From Octopus sinensis (Eukaryota), in assembly GCF_006345805.1 (NCBI RefSeq), contig NC_043000.1, forward strand, positions 147,808,001-147,872,000: a DNA stretch of 64,000 nucleotides. Reading direction: 5' to 3'. The position numbers and the translations under genes were made by a program. This document shows positions 12,800 to 26,079 of this stretch, piece by piece; positions within the stretch are counted from its first letter, which is position 1; each line of letters begins with the position of its first letter. The notes under the pieces were generated by a model, which was not told the DNA's origin, did no database searches, and was given only the letters and a program-made list of their open reading frames with translations.

Positions 12800-15027
12800 T
12801 TAATTTTTGTTGTTTATAAAAGATTTTTTAAAAATCTACAAATGAATTCTGACATCAAATTCTCTGCTTTCTAGAGTAAAAAAAATGTCAAAATCTTAGA
12901 TCCTTTTATGATTTGGAGTTATTCAAAGGTTTGTTTGATACTTAATTCCAGTATCTATTGAGTTTTAATTCTGTGGATGAGACACATAGGTCCTACTGAA
13001 CAGAACAGTAGTCTGGCATAGGTAACTTTCTCTTTGAAATGTTTGCATAAACTGATACATGTACAAGTGGCCTATCCAGAGACACAACAAAATATCAACA
13101 TATACCTTGCTCAGAACTAGAGAAATTCTGTCATGTATTATGATTTAGAAAAATATTTGTATTACACTAAATACTAGACAGAAAAAATAACTGCATTGTC
13201 TTGGAATTTAACTGAATCCAGTGAAGCAGTGGTAAACCTGTAAGATAAAACCTATTCCATCTAGCCAATAAGAGAACCTCTATTCTATGTACAGGCAACT
13301 CATCATCAGGCAGGCTGCACTAGTTAAAAAATTCAAGGTAATTTTACCTTAGGTGTGCCATTCAGAAAATCTTGCAGGTTAACGATGACTGCTTTATGCA
13401 GTCTCTTTAAATGCTAGGAATAGTAGTCAAATTTCCTTCATATCACAACCTTCCATGTTGAACACTGGAATCAATCTAATCGACTTAGCCCCTCACCTGA
13501 AATTGCTGTCATTGTGCAAAAATTTGAACCCAATATTACAAAGGCTGGTGGATGGTTAAATTGGCAGAGTGTCATAGAAAATGCTGGGCAAAATTTAGTT
13601 ACAATTGTTTTACATTCTGAGTTCAAGCCCAGCCAGAGTCAACTTTGCTTTTCATCTATCCAGAGTTGATAAAATCGGTGCTGGAGATCAGTTCAGTTAC
13701 TATCCCTCATTTCCTACCAATGTTTGGCTGTGTTAAAGTCAGAAAGCAATATTTAATTTTATATGAAGATATGTAAATAGGAAAAAATATAAAACATTTT
13801 CATATGAAAGCAGATTATAATATTAAACATGTTACTTATATAACAAAACAAAAAAAACAACATAAATCTTGTTTGATACACATCAGAGTATATATTTAAT
13901 AATTTATGTAATTTTTAACTAAATTAAACTAAAAGCGATTGACCAATCATATTTTATCTACTTTGTCTTTCACCATTGAATCAACTATGGCTTATGTTTT
14001 TAAGTTCTTTATTTTTTTTTATTTATTTATTGCTTGTCCCTTGCAATTAACCCCTGTTTCCTGTTTGTATTAATTTTCCCAGTTATGAAAATACCCACCA
14101 CTTTTAACCTGTTGTCAAGCTAATCTAATTCTAAACTTTGAATTAAAAGCTTTCTTCCTGCTATTTAATGTCTTGGTTTCATTTCTTTTGCCACTTTTAT
14201 TTCTTTCTTTCATTTCCTCATTTTATGCTTATGATTGTTGCTTTTTATTTATTTTTCTTCTTTCATTAATCCAATTTAACTATTGTACATTTCTATTTCT
14301 TTCCATGATAACATGGCTTTCAATGTTTCTGCAAATGCATGTATTTTCATGAATTGTACCATATCTAGATTTTCCCTCCCCCAATGATAATGTGAATTGC
14401 TCAACAATTTTGTGGGACTGGTATCTATTTTCAGCCAAGATGACTGCAGCATGTAGAGGTAATACAAAGATGGTAGGATTGTAATTAACAACCTTTTTCA
14501 CTTGTAGTCTAGTAGCAACAACTAATCAGCAAATGTTCTTACCTCAGCCACATTACTTTTAATGCTAGCCACTCTAGTGAACTACAGCACTTCGTACCTT
14601 AGTCACTGATCTTAAAATTCAGCCTCTGCATCACTTTACTCAGTCATTAAGTTCAATATTTACACACAGCACTTCCTTTAAATTACCCACAAAATGATTT
14701 CCATAATATGCTATAACTTCCATAAGTTTAATATGTTAAAACATGGTTTAAATTGTTTTATTCCTCTCTAAAATTTAGGAAACAGTAACATTTTACAAAC
14801 TTAAGAAATGTTTTGGTTATCTACTGTAATAATAATCTTGTGTGTTTCTCCATCACAACATATGAATGAGAAAGGAAGGGGTGATAGATGAATAAGGAAG
14901 GAAGGAAGGAAGGGGTGGTGGCAAACTGGTAGTGGGATGATGGAAAATCTATGGTGAAAAAAATCAAACAGCATTTCAGCTCTGTGTGAGTATATGTGTG
15001 TATATGTAAAAGGGAGGTATATGAATG

Positions 15028-15058
<31 letters not shown>

Positions 15059-16019
15059 TGTGTGGTGTGTGTGTGTGTGTGTGCAATGGAAGTGGGATGG
15101 TGAACATTCAACACTGGAAAGAAAAATCAAACAGCATTTCAACTGTGTGAGTACAAGGGAAGTATGTGAATGTTTGTATGTGTGAACCAGTGTTCTTTCA
15201 GTTACAAACAATGATGGATGTCACATCTCAAAAGACAACGACTAGATAACATTGACAAGTGTATTAATTTGATTTACCATCCATATTCTATCAGTTTTCT
15301 TAAAAATAATTATTACAATCACACATACCTACACAAACATATACATATACAAACTCATTAGAGAAAGTAATTATTTCCTAAGTGTATCGAGAATATAAAA
15401 CAACTGCAGTTGAAAGGTATATTATAAATACACATCTTAATTTAACAGTTTATACGTGTCCCTAATTTATTTATATAAAATACTACAATTAGCCATCATT
15501 TTTGACAGCACGGGGCCAGCTAGTTAATAATGATAATAATAATGCCTTTTCAACTAGTAGACTGTCACTCTAACAACTTGTACAGGCATGACAATTTATT
15601 GTTTAATACATTAGATTTGAAAGAGTCAATGACAAACCATCTATATGATCATTCAACCTACTAGAAATATCAGCCAAATCTCCCTCAAATCATACTCAAC
15701 CATTTTAAGAAAGACAGGATATATTAAAGGATGTGACCTAGATGAACTATGTTTTAAAAAAATGGTGGAACACTTTTGATCAAAGGTTGACTTGATTTTG
15801 ACTGACCTGGGGCTAAAAAAAACCAACTAATTTAATATTGAAATAAGACTTGGCTTGATAGATATAGATGCGTAATTGTCCAACCCAGATGTACATACAT
15901 TATTTAAACATAATTAGATAATTATACAAATATAGATGTATATACATTGTGTAAACATGACTAGACAGATAGTTATCCAAATACATGTCTCTAGACCCCA
16001 ATTGTCTGTTTAGGTTTGA

Positions 16020-17900
16020 TTTCTATAGCTGGATGCCCTTCCTAACGTCTACCACTTTACAGAGTGTAATGAGTGGTTTTTACATGGTACCAGCACTGGT
16101 GCTTTTTACGCAGCACCATTACTGGTCTTCTTATGTGGCACCAACACTGGTTCTTTTTACGTGACACCAGCACAGGTGCTTTTTACATGGTACCAGCACC
16201 AGTGGAGTTGTCAAGTAGCTTGCAAGACAGAGACCTCTCAGCTGAGGGGAGTGGATCTGAGGGAAGTGGCTGTGTGTCAGGCGAGAGGTTTAAGTATGAT
16301 AGAGGGACAAAGGCAGTCAGTGAGGGAGAGAGAAATATACGGTGCTGGAAATGTATTGGGACCTACCCACAGGGAACAGTGATAATATAAGTAGTGAAGA
16401 GTAGATAGAGGGGGATGTTCCCTAAGAGTGTGAGGGTTGAGGTTTAGAGATGAGGAAGACATGACAGTAACAAGTGATGGTGAGAGAAATTAGAACGGCT
16501 GGGAGGGAGGTGTGGTAGATATGTGAGGACATGGAGTGTGGAGAGACCTGCAGTGAGGGAGGTGCATGAAGGAGAGTGGAAGGGAGGGCTTGTAGCAGGT
16601 GGTGGTAGTGATGGGAAGATGAGTTGGAGGAGGAGGAGTTTTGACAGAGGACAGGTTATGTGTGTATATGTGTGAGGGGGAGGATGTGTCTATGAATGAC
16701 ATACCTGTATGTATGGATGACCACGACTTTACTCAGCTTGATGTGTCTTCTCAGGCCCAGCAAATCACCAGAAGTCTTGATTCTTGTCATCTATGTGAAA
16801 CTCAACATCTGAAGACCATTTGTTACCACTTCATCCACACATCTTCTGTGTCTAGTCCTTCCACACGTTTCCTCCACAATTAGAGATCAGCACTTCCTTA
16901 TGTAGCTGTCCTCATCCATACACATCACATGACCTTACCAGCACAGTCTTCTCTTTTGCACACTATATCTGATGCTTCTTAAACCCAATTTTTTTCTTAA
17001 ATCACTTACACTCCATCATACATGCACAATGACATTCTCCATCCAGCAGAGAATGCTGGCTTCATTTCTTTCAAGCTTCCATATGTCTTCTGTAGTCACA
17101 GCCCATGTTTCACTGCCATGTAGCATAGCTGTTTGTACACAGGCATCATGCAGTCTGCTTGTAACTTTGAATAAGAAGCTCTTTGTTACCAACAAACGTA
17201 GTAGCTCTCTGAACTTTGCCCAACCTGTTCTTATTCTAGAAACTATACTTTCAGAGCTTCCTCCTCCATTGCTAACTTGGTTACCTTGGTAACGGAAGCT
17301 ATCTACTACTCCTAAGAATCTCCTCCAGACATTTGAGGAAATCTGTTTTCTCTACACTCTTAATGCTTAATGTACTTGTAGATCTGCCACACACAAAGTC
17401 TACTTTCTCTGTTAACCTTCCTGCGATACCACTGCACCTCTTATGTATCCATAGCTTGCTCTAGGTACACTGGGTATGGAATTTCTACATACACCTTTTC
17501 TACATATCAAGCGAGACCATCACTCTGAAGGGATTAGTAATTTATCAGTTTTCCTACTTACTAGGACTTTGGTCTTTGCTAAGTTAACTCCAAGGCCCTT
17601 TGATCCCAGAACTTGCTTCCATGCCTGAAATTTTTTCTCTAGTTGATTCAGCTATGAGAACAAGGTCATCAGCATAGAGAAGCTTCCAAGGGCTGCCAGT
17701 CTTAAAGTTCTCTGTTATATCCTGGAGGACGATGATGAACAAGAGAAGGCTGAGAACTGATGCTTGGTGAATTCCTAGGAATTCCTGATAATAGGTATGG
17801 AGACTCAGATGTGTAAGGGAAGTTGTGATATCTTTAAGCCTTTCTCAAGAATATCAGTGAAATAACTGAAGAGAAAGGATTCCAACAGGTGTAACCAATT
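16020..17900 (-). mobile_element. 5'-truncated RTE-clade LINE (RT C-terminus, 3' UTR and tail)
   Basis: Minus-strand KLLYADDLVLIAES, RIRTGWAKFREL, MLHGSETWAV, GHVMCMDED; decayed. Confidence 0.85.
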
Positions 17901-18414
17901 ATGATCCATAATCTTCACTCCTGCAGAAGCATTTGAATCCTACTTCCATATCATGTGTGAGTGGTTTAATGTTGGGATATATTAGAATTTGGGGACTTAA
18001 GTCAATTCCAACTGGAGTAGAAAGCGGGTTGATTTAAATCTAGTAAAGTATTTGCTGTTATTGTTAGTACCAAGGTAACCTTGAACAAGGAGTTATATGA
18101 TCAAAAATACTTCAGTCTTTCTCATCTTGTTGTTTTTGTGTTGTCCTATGTGTCTGACCTTCCTTTTCTAAACAGGTAGGGTGTAATCTGAGGAGACATT
18201 ACTTGCTACTTCTAGCAGACTGACTGACTGCCTAAAGTAGTGGTTTCCAACTGGGGTGTCATGAAACCCTAGAACTGTGATACTCAGCTTCTTCCCCAAG
18301 GACCCCTTTTACTCTAACTCTTTGAAAGTCTGTCTACTCAAACCATGTATTCACTAACAACTTTGGTCTTTGCTAAATTAACTCCTTTTCCCAGTTCCAT
18401 CTCTCAGTTGAAAG

Positions 18415-18456
<42 letters not shown>

Positions 18457-18815
18457 GAAAGAAAGAAAGAGAGACTTGGTAATTATACAGTTGTAGTCCT
18501 TGATAATTTTGAACACAGCCCATGCTCTCCCACCACTTACTCATACTATCTTTGTGAGTATCAAATTGGGAACCTCTTCTCTTGGGTATAATAAACAGTA
18601 TTATGAGAGATGTAAGATCCCCCCCCCCCCGAGGCTTCCATTTTCTCTATTGCAAAAGTGTGAAACAAGAGTGTTGCATACCATAAATATAAAAATGAGA
18701 GAGATTGTGATGCAGCCAGTAAACATTAGAAACCACTGGAGTAAAGGTTTCTTCTGGTAGAGAAATGAAGTAAGTTTTAGAGTAAAAGACATCAGATAGT
18801 CATATTCTTCTCAAA

Positions 18816-19199
18816 ATGGATGGATGGAAGCACTCTGTCGGTTACGACGACGAGGGTTCCGGTTGATCCGATCAACGGAACAGCCTGCTTGTGAAATTAA
18901 CGTGTAAGTGGCTGAGCACTCCACAGACACGTGCACCCTTAACGTAGTTCTCGGGGATATTCAGCGTGACACAGAGAGTGACAAGGCCGGCCCTTTGAAA
19001 TACAAGGTACAACAGAAACAGGAAGTAAGAGTGAGAGAAAGTTGTGGTGAAAGAGTACAGCAGGGATCACCACCATGCCCCTGCCGGAGCCTCGTGGAGC
19101 TTTCGCTCAATAAACACTCACAACGCCCGGTGTGGGAATCGAAACTGCGATCCTATGACCGCGAGTCCGCTGTCCTAACCACTGGGCCATTGCGCCTCC
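18816..19199 (-). mobile_element. tRNA-derived SINE family C
   Basis: Head GGAGGCGCAATGGCCCAGTGGTTAGG...GTTTCGATTCCC (A/B boxes); (CCAT)n tail. Confidence 0.85.
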
Positions 19200-19529
19200 A
19201 CTCTTCTCAACATATGTTAGAAATAAAAAGAAGCAATTCCAGCCAGTCAGGTTACAAGATGAGAATTATTAAACATTTGCTTCTTATGTAAGTGTATAAT
19301 TTTATTTATTTATTTGTTTTTTGTGTGTGGTGATGGGAGAGTTGTTACATTTGACTCTTTATCAAGTATTTCCATCACAAATGGTTCCAAATGTTAGTAA
19401 AACAATAGCAAGAGTGACGGAAGGAAATTCCTTTAGAAATTGTTGATAATTTTGCAATACAAAAGTAGTTTTGTGTGCAGGAGTGGTTTTTACGTAGGAG
19501 AGATTTTCGACTAATTTTGTAATTATATA

Positions 19530-19906
19530 GGTGCAGGAGTGGCTGTGTGGTAAGTAGCTTGTTTACCAACCACATGGTTCCGGGTTCAGTCCCACTGCAT
19601 GGCACCTTGGGCAAGTGTCTTCTACTATAGCCTTGTGAGTGGATTTGGTAGACGGAAACTGAAAGAAGCCTGTCATATATATGTATATATATATATGTGT
19701 GTGTCTGTGTTTGTCCCCCTAGCATTGCTTGACAACTGATGCTGGTGTGTTTATGTCTCCGTTACTTAGCGGTTCGGCAAAAGAGACCGATAGGATAAGT
19801 ACTGGGCTTACAAAAGAATAAGTCTCGGGGTCGAGTTGCTCGATTAAAGGCGGTGCTCCAGCATGGCCGCAGTCAAATGACTGAAACAAGTAAAAGAGTA
19901 AAGAGT
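19530..19906 (+). mobile_element. SINE family A
   Basis: Homologous to 3483-3888. Confidence 0.9.
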
Positions 19907-20216
19907 ATATCTTTAACCAAGGGAAGGTGTGTTCATTTGTTGTTTTTTTATCAAGTGTTCATTTCCTTTGTATATTTGATGATTTTAAAATGGGGCCCCG
20001 ATGTATATTTGTATGCATAAGTGCGGGAACAAAATTTGCTTTGTGGGGTGCAAACCCAGGTCCAGTCCAAGATGCTCAGTGTTTTCATTGCCCCGCCACC
20101 AAAAAATAAACAAAAATTTTAGTGGGTTTGCTTGCACTCCCCAAGTTCCTGGGCTGATGTTTGTGTGTGTTGGGGGGGGGGGGGGGGTAAGAATAGTCTC
20201 CAAAATTAGGCTGAGC

Positions 20217-20408
20217 TCTCTCTTTTTACTTGTTTCAGTCATTTGACTCTGGCCATGCTGGAGCACCGCCTTTAGTCGAGCAAATCGACCCCGGGACTTA
20301 TTCTTTGTAAGCCCAGTACTTATTCTATCGGTCTCTTTTTGCCGAACTGCTAATTGACGGGGACGTAAACACACCAGCATCGGTTGTCAAGCAATGCTAG
20401 GACAAACA

Positions 20409-20444
<36 letters not shown>

Positions 20445-20637
20445 TATATATATATATATATATATATAAATATACAACAGACTTCTTTCTGTTTCCGTCT
20501 GTTAAATTCACTCATAACGCCTTGGTCAGCCCGAGGCTTTGGTAGAAGACACTTGCCCTAGGTGCTATGCAGTGGGACTGAACCCAGAACCATGTGGTTG
20601 AGAAGCAAGCTTCTTACCACACAACCACTCCTGTGCC
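20217..20637 (-). mobile_element. SINE family A
   Basis: Homologous to 3483-3888. Confidence 0.9.
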
Positions 20638-20861
20638 TATGAGAACTTTATGTGCAAAATTCATGTACTATGTCAAGAATAAATCTGTGGGCAAGTCCAT
20701 TCTTCTCAAAGTTATTGATTATGATTAAATTCATACACAAGACATAAGTGAATATAGAAGCCCCAAGTTGGAATCCAAGTTCTGTGCCTAGTAAAAACTT
20801 AAAACATATCTGTGCATCTAAGCATTTTCTTAACCTTATGTTTCAAATAAAGAAGACTAAT

Positions 20862-21261
20862 TCTTTATATATAAAAGTCAAGTTGTGTGTCTGTCTCCTA
20901 CGATTTAGATTCCTAACTACTCCCACATTTTGCGGTGCAGTTTAACCAAAACCGGGTATCTTATAGTCGTGATTCATATCGAGCCCTTCTGGATATTAGC
21001 GCGCATCTACGATGAGTCAACGATTTAAAAAAAAATTTACCATCATTTTTTTCCATTTTAATGCATTTTTTTCGCTATTATATAAGGGAAGTAACTCTCT
21101 AAAAATGTCTATGATGAGTCAACGATTTAAAAAAAAATTTACCATTATTTTTTTTCAATTTTTAATGCATTTTTTTGCTATTTTTTGGCTATAACTCTCT
21201 AAAAATGCTTATATAGTTATTTCCCTTACGAACCCGAGCAACGCCGGGCGATACTGCTAGT
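20862..21261 (-). mobile_element. Helitron/HINE-like element sharing termini with 9697-10096; internal ~104-bp duplication
   Basis: The plus strand ends CCCGAGCAACGCCGGGCGATACTGCTAGT, the reverse complement of the 9697 terminus. Confidence 0.7.
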
Positions 21262-21761
21262 TAATTGTATATTATTGTGACTTCTAGTGCAGAAGAAATA
21301 AATTAAATTCCACATAGTAGTTTAAAAAAGAATATTTCTAACCTATGAAAATGTTGATTAGATAAGATCGTTGCCCTACTTATCTGCTTAATTACATCAG
21401 ATTATTTTTTTAGGATTCTAGGTTAGTTTAACTTCAAAGATTCTGTTCCAGCTGTCTTATCTTACATCACATTGTGGAGAGGTAGAAGAAAAGAAATTCG
21501 GTTGGTCTTTTTACAGCAACTTATAATTGCAGCAGTGTGTAATTTGAAACAAAGCAATGCATAGCATTCCTGTTGGCAGATAACAGTAGATGTTAGTTAA
21601 TTACTGGAGAGATAGAGAGAGATAGTGTGGAGGAAGTAGAAGCTGTTGAGTGTTTTAATTATGGTGTATGTTTATATAAAAAGCAGTTGTTTGGTGTAGT
21701 TTTATCAACATCCAATACAGGTTAGAGCAAGCAAACACATGAAATCAGATCAGCCACTAGT

Positions 21762-22156
21762 TACTCTCTTTACTCTCTTTTACTTGTTTCAGTCATTTGA
21801 CTGTGGCCATGCTGGAGCACCGCCTTTAGTCGAGCAAATCGACCCTGGGACTTATTCTTTGTATGCCCAGTACTTATTCTATCGGTCTCTTTTGCCGAAC
21901 CGCTAAGTGACAGGGATGTAAACACACCAGCATCAGTTGTCAAGCAATGCTAGGGTGACAAACACAGACGCACAAACACACCATCCATATATACGACAGG
22001 CTTCTTTCAGTTTGCGTCTACCAAATCCACTCACAAAGCATTGGTCAGCCCGGGACCATAGCAGAAGACACTTGCCCAAGGTGCCACGCAGTGGGACTGA
22101 ACCCGGAACCATGTGGTTGGTAAGCAAGCTACTTACCACACAGCCACTCCTGTACC
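21762..22156 (-). mobile_element. SINE family A
   Basis: Homologous to 3483-3888. Confidence 0.9.
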
Positions 22157-22322
22157 TAAAATTTTTTTTTTTTTATTCGTTTCATGAATATTGTTAATTT
22201 CTCTTAAGTTTTTGTGTTGAAAACTAAAGAGGGAGCCACAATTCCAAGTATGGGAACACACACAATACACTTGTCTATTCTTTTCTTGATGATCTTCTGT
22301 GTTACTCTTCCTATAAACAATA

Positions 22323-23865
22323 CTAATGCTTTCTTAGAATATCTTTCTTGGAAACAATGTATTCTTCAAGAATCCTTTCTAGCTTCAATTTCTCTGCTCC
22401 AATTGCAAACCTGCAATAACAGAAATATAATATTCAATACACAGCGTCACCTATATATTCTTATTACTTAAGATATTGCTTAAGGAGTGGCTGTGTGGTA
22501 AGTAGCTTGCTAACCAACCACATGGTTCCGGGTTCAGTCCCACTGCGTGGCACCTTGGGCAAGTGTCTTCTGCTATAGCCCCGGGCCGACCAATGCCTTG
22601 TGAGTGGATTTGGTAGACGGAAACTGAAAGAAGCCTGTCGTATATATATATATATATATGTATGTGTGTGCTTGTGTGTCTGTGTTTGTCCCCCTAGCAT
22701 TGCTTGATAACCGATGCTGGTGTGTTTACGTCCCCGTAACTTAGCGGTTCGGCAAAAGAGACCGATAGAATAAGTACTGGGCTTACAAAGAATAAGTTCC
22801 GGGGTCGATTTGCTTGACTAAAGGCAGTGTTCCAGCATGGCCGCAGTCAAATGACTGAAACAAGTAAAAGAGTATAGTTCATCATTTTTAGATTTGCTTA
22901 TGAGAACAAAATGTTGATAATAGGAATACAAATTTTTATGCAAGGAAGCTTTTAGCGTCAAATTTGTGTTCTTTCTTTGAATATAAAAGCACAATTTAAA
23001 GCTTCTCTTCATTGTATCAATAAAGTATGATTGTTGACATGTCAAAATTACATTGTTTGCTCATATTTCTTGATCAAGTCTTTGAAAAACAGCTACAGTA
23101 ACATATTTATTCTCATGTATAATTCTACAACTCATTATCATAAAATAAATTAAATTTCAATTTAGAAAAAGTAATTGAATTTCACTATTTGTTTTTGTAG
23201 TATTATTTTGAAATTATATAAACAAGAAAAAATTGTAATTCAACTCCTGTTGTATGCAAAACTGATTTGTTCTAGAACAGTGGTTTTTAATTTGGTTGAT
23301 ATTGCCTGCTTAGGCATTGTAAGCTCATAAGAAGGCAGCAAATGTTAAGGGGTAAGGTGTGTTTAGAGGGATCATCATTTTTCTTAAAAATAAAATTTTT
23401 GAATACTTGTATTTTAACATATTTTCAAAGAAATCTTTGTTGCGATCAAACTATGAATCGGCCATTGTGTTTTCAGTGGGAAGAAAATATGATGGATGAT
23501 CTGTCAAGATCAATATAATTTATAATTTTATTGTATAAGTTCTCATTTTCTTTCATAATTTCTATAAAAGTTAACATAGAAAGCATTAATCCACAAAATT
23601 TTCTAAAAGTGTCTGTCATAGTACAAGAAAATATGGATGGTGAGAGAACAAAGAAAAAAAATCGCTGCACAAAAATTAGCTTCTTTTTAATTGAAATAAC
23701 CAATTTTTTTTCTCTCAAAACACACGAAAGGAACATTTATAAAATAGCAGTGTCTGTGAAAGCAGGTGCTGAGCTATAAAAGGTTGAGGTATTCTGACAC
23801 ACACGCACCATTGCAGCTATTCCCAGTATTCTAAGAATGTAGAAGAGTAGTTGTTTCACCTTCAT
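22323..23865 (-). CDS. Candidate nested antisense 3-exon microprotein gene (61 aa, one predicted TM helix)
   Basis: Exons 23865-23809, 23092-23052 and 22410-22323 with GT-AG ends and matching phases; AATAAA at 22177-22172 on the minus strand. No homologue recognised. Confidence 0.3.
22483..22874 (+). mobile_element. SINE family A
   Basis: Homologous to 3483-3888. Confidence 0.9.
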
Positions 23866-24969
23866 ATGACTCTAAGCACAATTGTCATGTGTGGTTTTGT
23901 GGATAGGTCATACAGATTTTCAATAAGCAACCTTCAATCTCTTACAAACCACAATTCTATTAGATATCTGTGATCTGTTTCTATGATTTTAAATAAGAAT
24001 CTCTTTCTTATAGTAAAATGTTTAATTAGCTATTAATTTACTAAATACCAAAAAAATATAAAATAAAATACAAAATAAATGGAAAGCAGCATTAATTCAT
24101 TCTGACAAAGAAAGCAACATGCTGGCTGAATTGTTAGCTTATCAGAGAAAATGCATACTAGTATTTTTTTCTGAATCTTTACATTCTGAGTTCAAATCCT
24201 ACTGAAGTCAACTTTACCTTTCATCATTTTGGGATCAATAAAATAAATCCCAGTGTAGCATTGGGGTCAATGTAATTGATTTAACTCCTCCCTCTGAAAT
24301 TGCTGACCAAAATTTGAAACCATTCATTCTGACAATGGACCAAGCTTTTGTTTTTTTGTTTTTTTTTTATAATTTAAGGATGGATACAATCAGCTAATTT
24401 AACCTCAGCATATGAATAGTATTTTTTCATGGAAAGATGTAAAGTAGTGTTGTTGGACTTTGAATTTAGATTCAAGACAGACAAGACTTAATATTGCAAA
24501 GTATTTAGTGTGTTTATTCTAATTCACCACACTTGTAAAGAAGCAAAACAATAGCTATTTATTTATAGGAGTGGCTCAAGAGCCAAATGTAAATTCTGTC
24601 TGTAAATTTCTATTGTGTGTTAAGACTCAGAGAGGCTGGAAGATAGAATCAATGTAGAGAATATAATAATTATGTTCCTTTGATATATTTATTCTCATAT
24701 ATACATACACATATTGAAACATACAGCACATATATAATTAGCTAATCATTTGATAGAACATAGCTTGTTTCCTCTCATGCTCTCACATACATATGTGATC
24801 CTGTCAAACCATTTAACCCATGCAGCCTAGAACACTGATATTAAAGGATATTACACACAGACATCTCAAAAGTAAATAAATTCTGCTCATTAGTATGATA
24901 CCCAAAAGAATTAGCTCATTAAAAACTGCTCAGGGTATGGCTACTAAATACCAGATTAACTATTTAAAT

Positions 24970-25517
24970 AAGTGATTCTCAACTGGGGTCCATATAAGAT
25001 TTTGGGGGGGTCCATGCAACAAAATAGTAAACTGGGGACCCATAATAGTATTTTGAGTGCCCCTGAAAAGATTTTGCTTTAGATGTTTGTATTGGTAGGT
25101 ATTGCAAGAAACAGCTAGGTTTCTTTCTCTGACATTTTACATTGTTCAACTGACATAAGTTAATGTGTGAAAAATAAAATAGGAATTTTGAAAGAAGTTT
25201 CTATAGAACTAGATTTTAACCCTTTAGCATTTAAACCGGCCATATCCGGCCAAAAATATTCTGCCTGTTTTATGTTCAGACTGACCAGATCTGGTCTCTC
25301 ATACCAACCCTACTATATCGTTTTAAAAATTAACAGCTACCTCATCAAAAGCTCATAGCTACAAGATAATGAATGATTAGTTCAAAACAATGTGGATAAA
25401 AAAGCATTAGTTTTGGCAGAATAATGTGAACACTAAAGGGTTAAACACTATGGGGATCCACCAGAATAAAATAGTAATCAAAGGGGTCCATGGGTAAAAG
25501 TTGGTTGAGAACCCCTG
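24970..25517. mobile_element. hAT/Charlie-type MITE interrupted by a piggyBac MITE
   Basis: Ends AAGTGATTCTCAAC ... GTTGAGAACCCCTG. Confidence 0.6.
25220..25440. mobile_element. piggyBac-type MITE nested in a hAT MITE
   Basis: TTAA|CCCTTTAG ... CTAAAGGG|TTAA. Confidence 0.85.
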
Positions 25518-25544
25518 AATTAAATGCATCATTTTAAATTATTA

Positions 25545-25665
25545 TCTGTTGTGTCTGGGGGGAGTCATTTTCTTTTTGTGCCTTATAATGTAACACACTC
25601 ACCGGTAAAATTTCCACTTATTTCTTATTTTTATTTTCCTAATGACTCTCCCCAGACACAACAGA
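25545..25665. mobile_element. Small MITE with ~24-bp TIRs
   Basis: TCTGTTGTGTCTGGGG..AGTCAT / ATGACT..CCCCAGACACAACAGA. Confidence 0.6.
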
Positions 25666-26079
25666 ATATGCTTCAACACACAAACTCATATAAAGAATCT
25701 TGCAAACCAAATCCCAAAACGAAATATTAAATTTATTTTGTTTCTAGAAATAAAGCTTTCAAAAACGATGATGTCTATTTATTTGAGATGCCTGTATATA
25801 TTACTTATGTGTGTGTGTGTGTGTGTGTGTAAATATATGGATTTGTATCACTGCTTTACCCCCCACTCCCTACACCCATGCTTGTTTGGTAATAGCAAAA
25901 AAACCCATCATCATCACCACAGCAGCTACAATGGGTAATGCAATCCTTGATATACAATAAAATCAGGATGGTTACAACTGGAATGCCTTTGATCAAAAAC
26001 AACAGAGAATGTGATAAAAGTTGTTGAAGTTTTCCTTATGTATTAAACTGTTAATGAGTGTGTGTAGTCAAGATGTCAA

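Noticed and set aside
14276-14501. Two overlapping minus-strand ORFs (71 and 73 aa)
   Set aside because: No recognisable motif and no convincing exon chain; ORFs of this length are expected by chance.
16075-16205. Four ~25-bp repeats resembling a CRISPR array
   Set aside because: No unique spacers, eukaryotic context, and the unit belongs to the RTE tail.
23473-23736. 87-aa hydrophobic minus-strand ORF in frame with an upstream 42-aa ORF across one TAA
   Set aside because: Driven by T/A runs, with no family similarity; under the microprotein model it is intronic.
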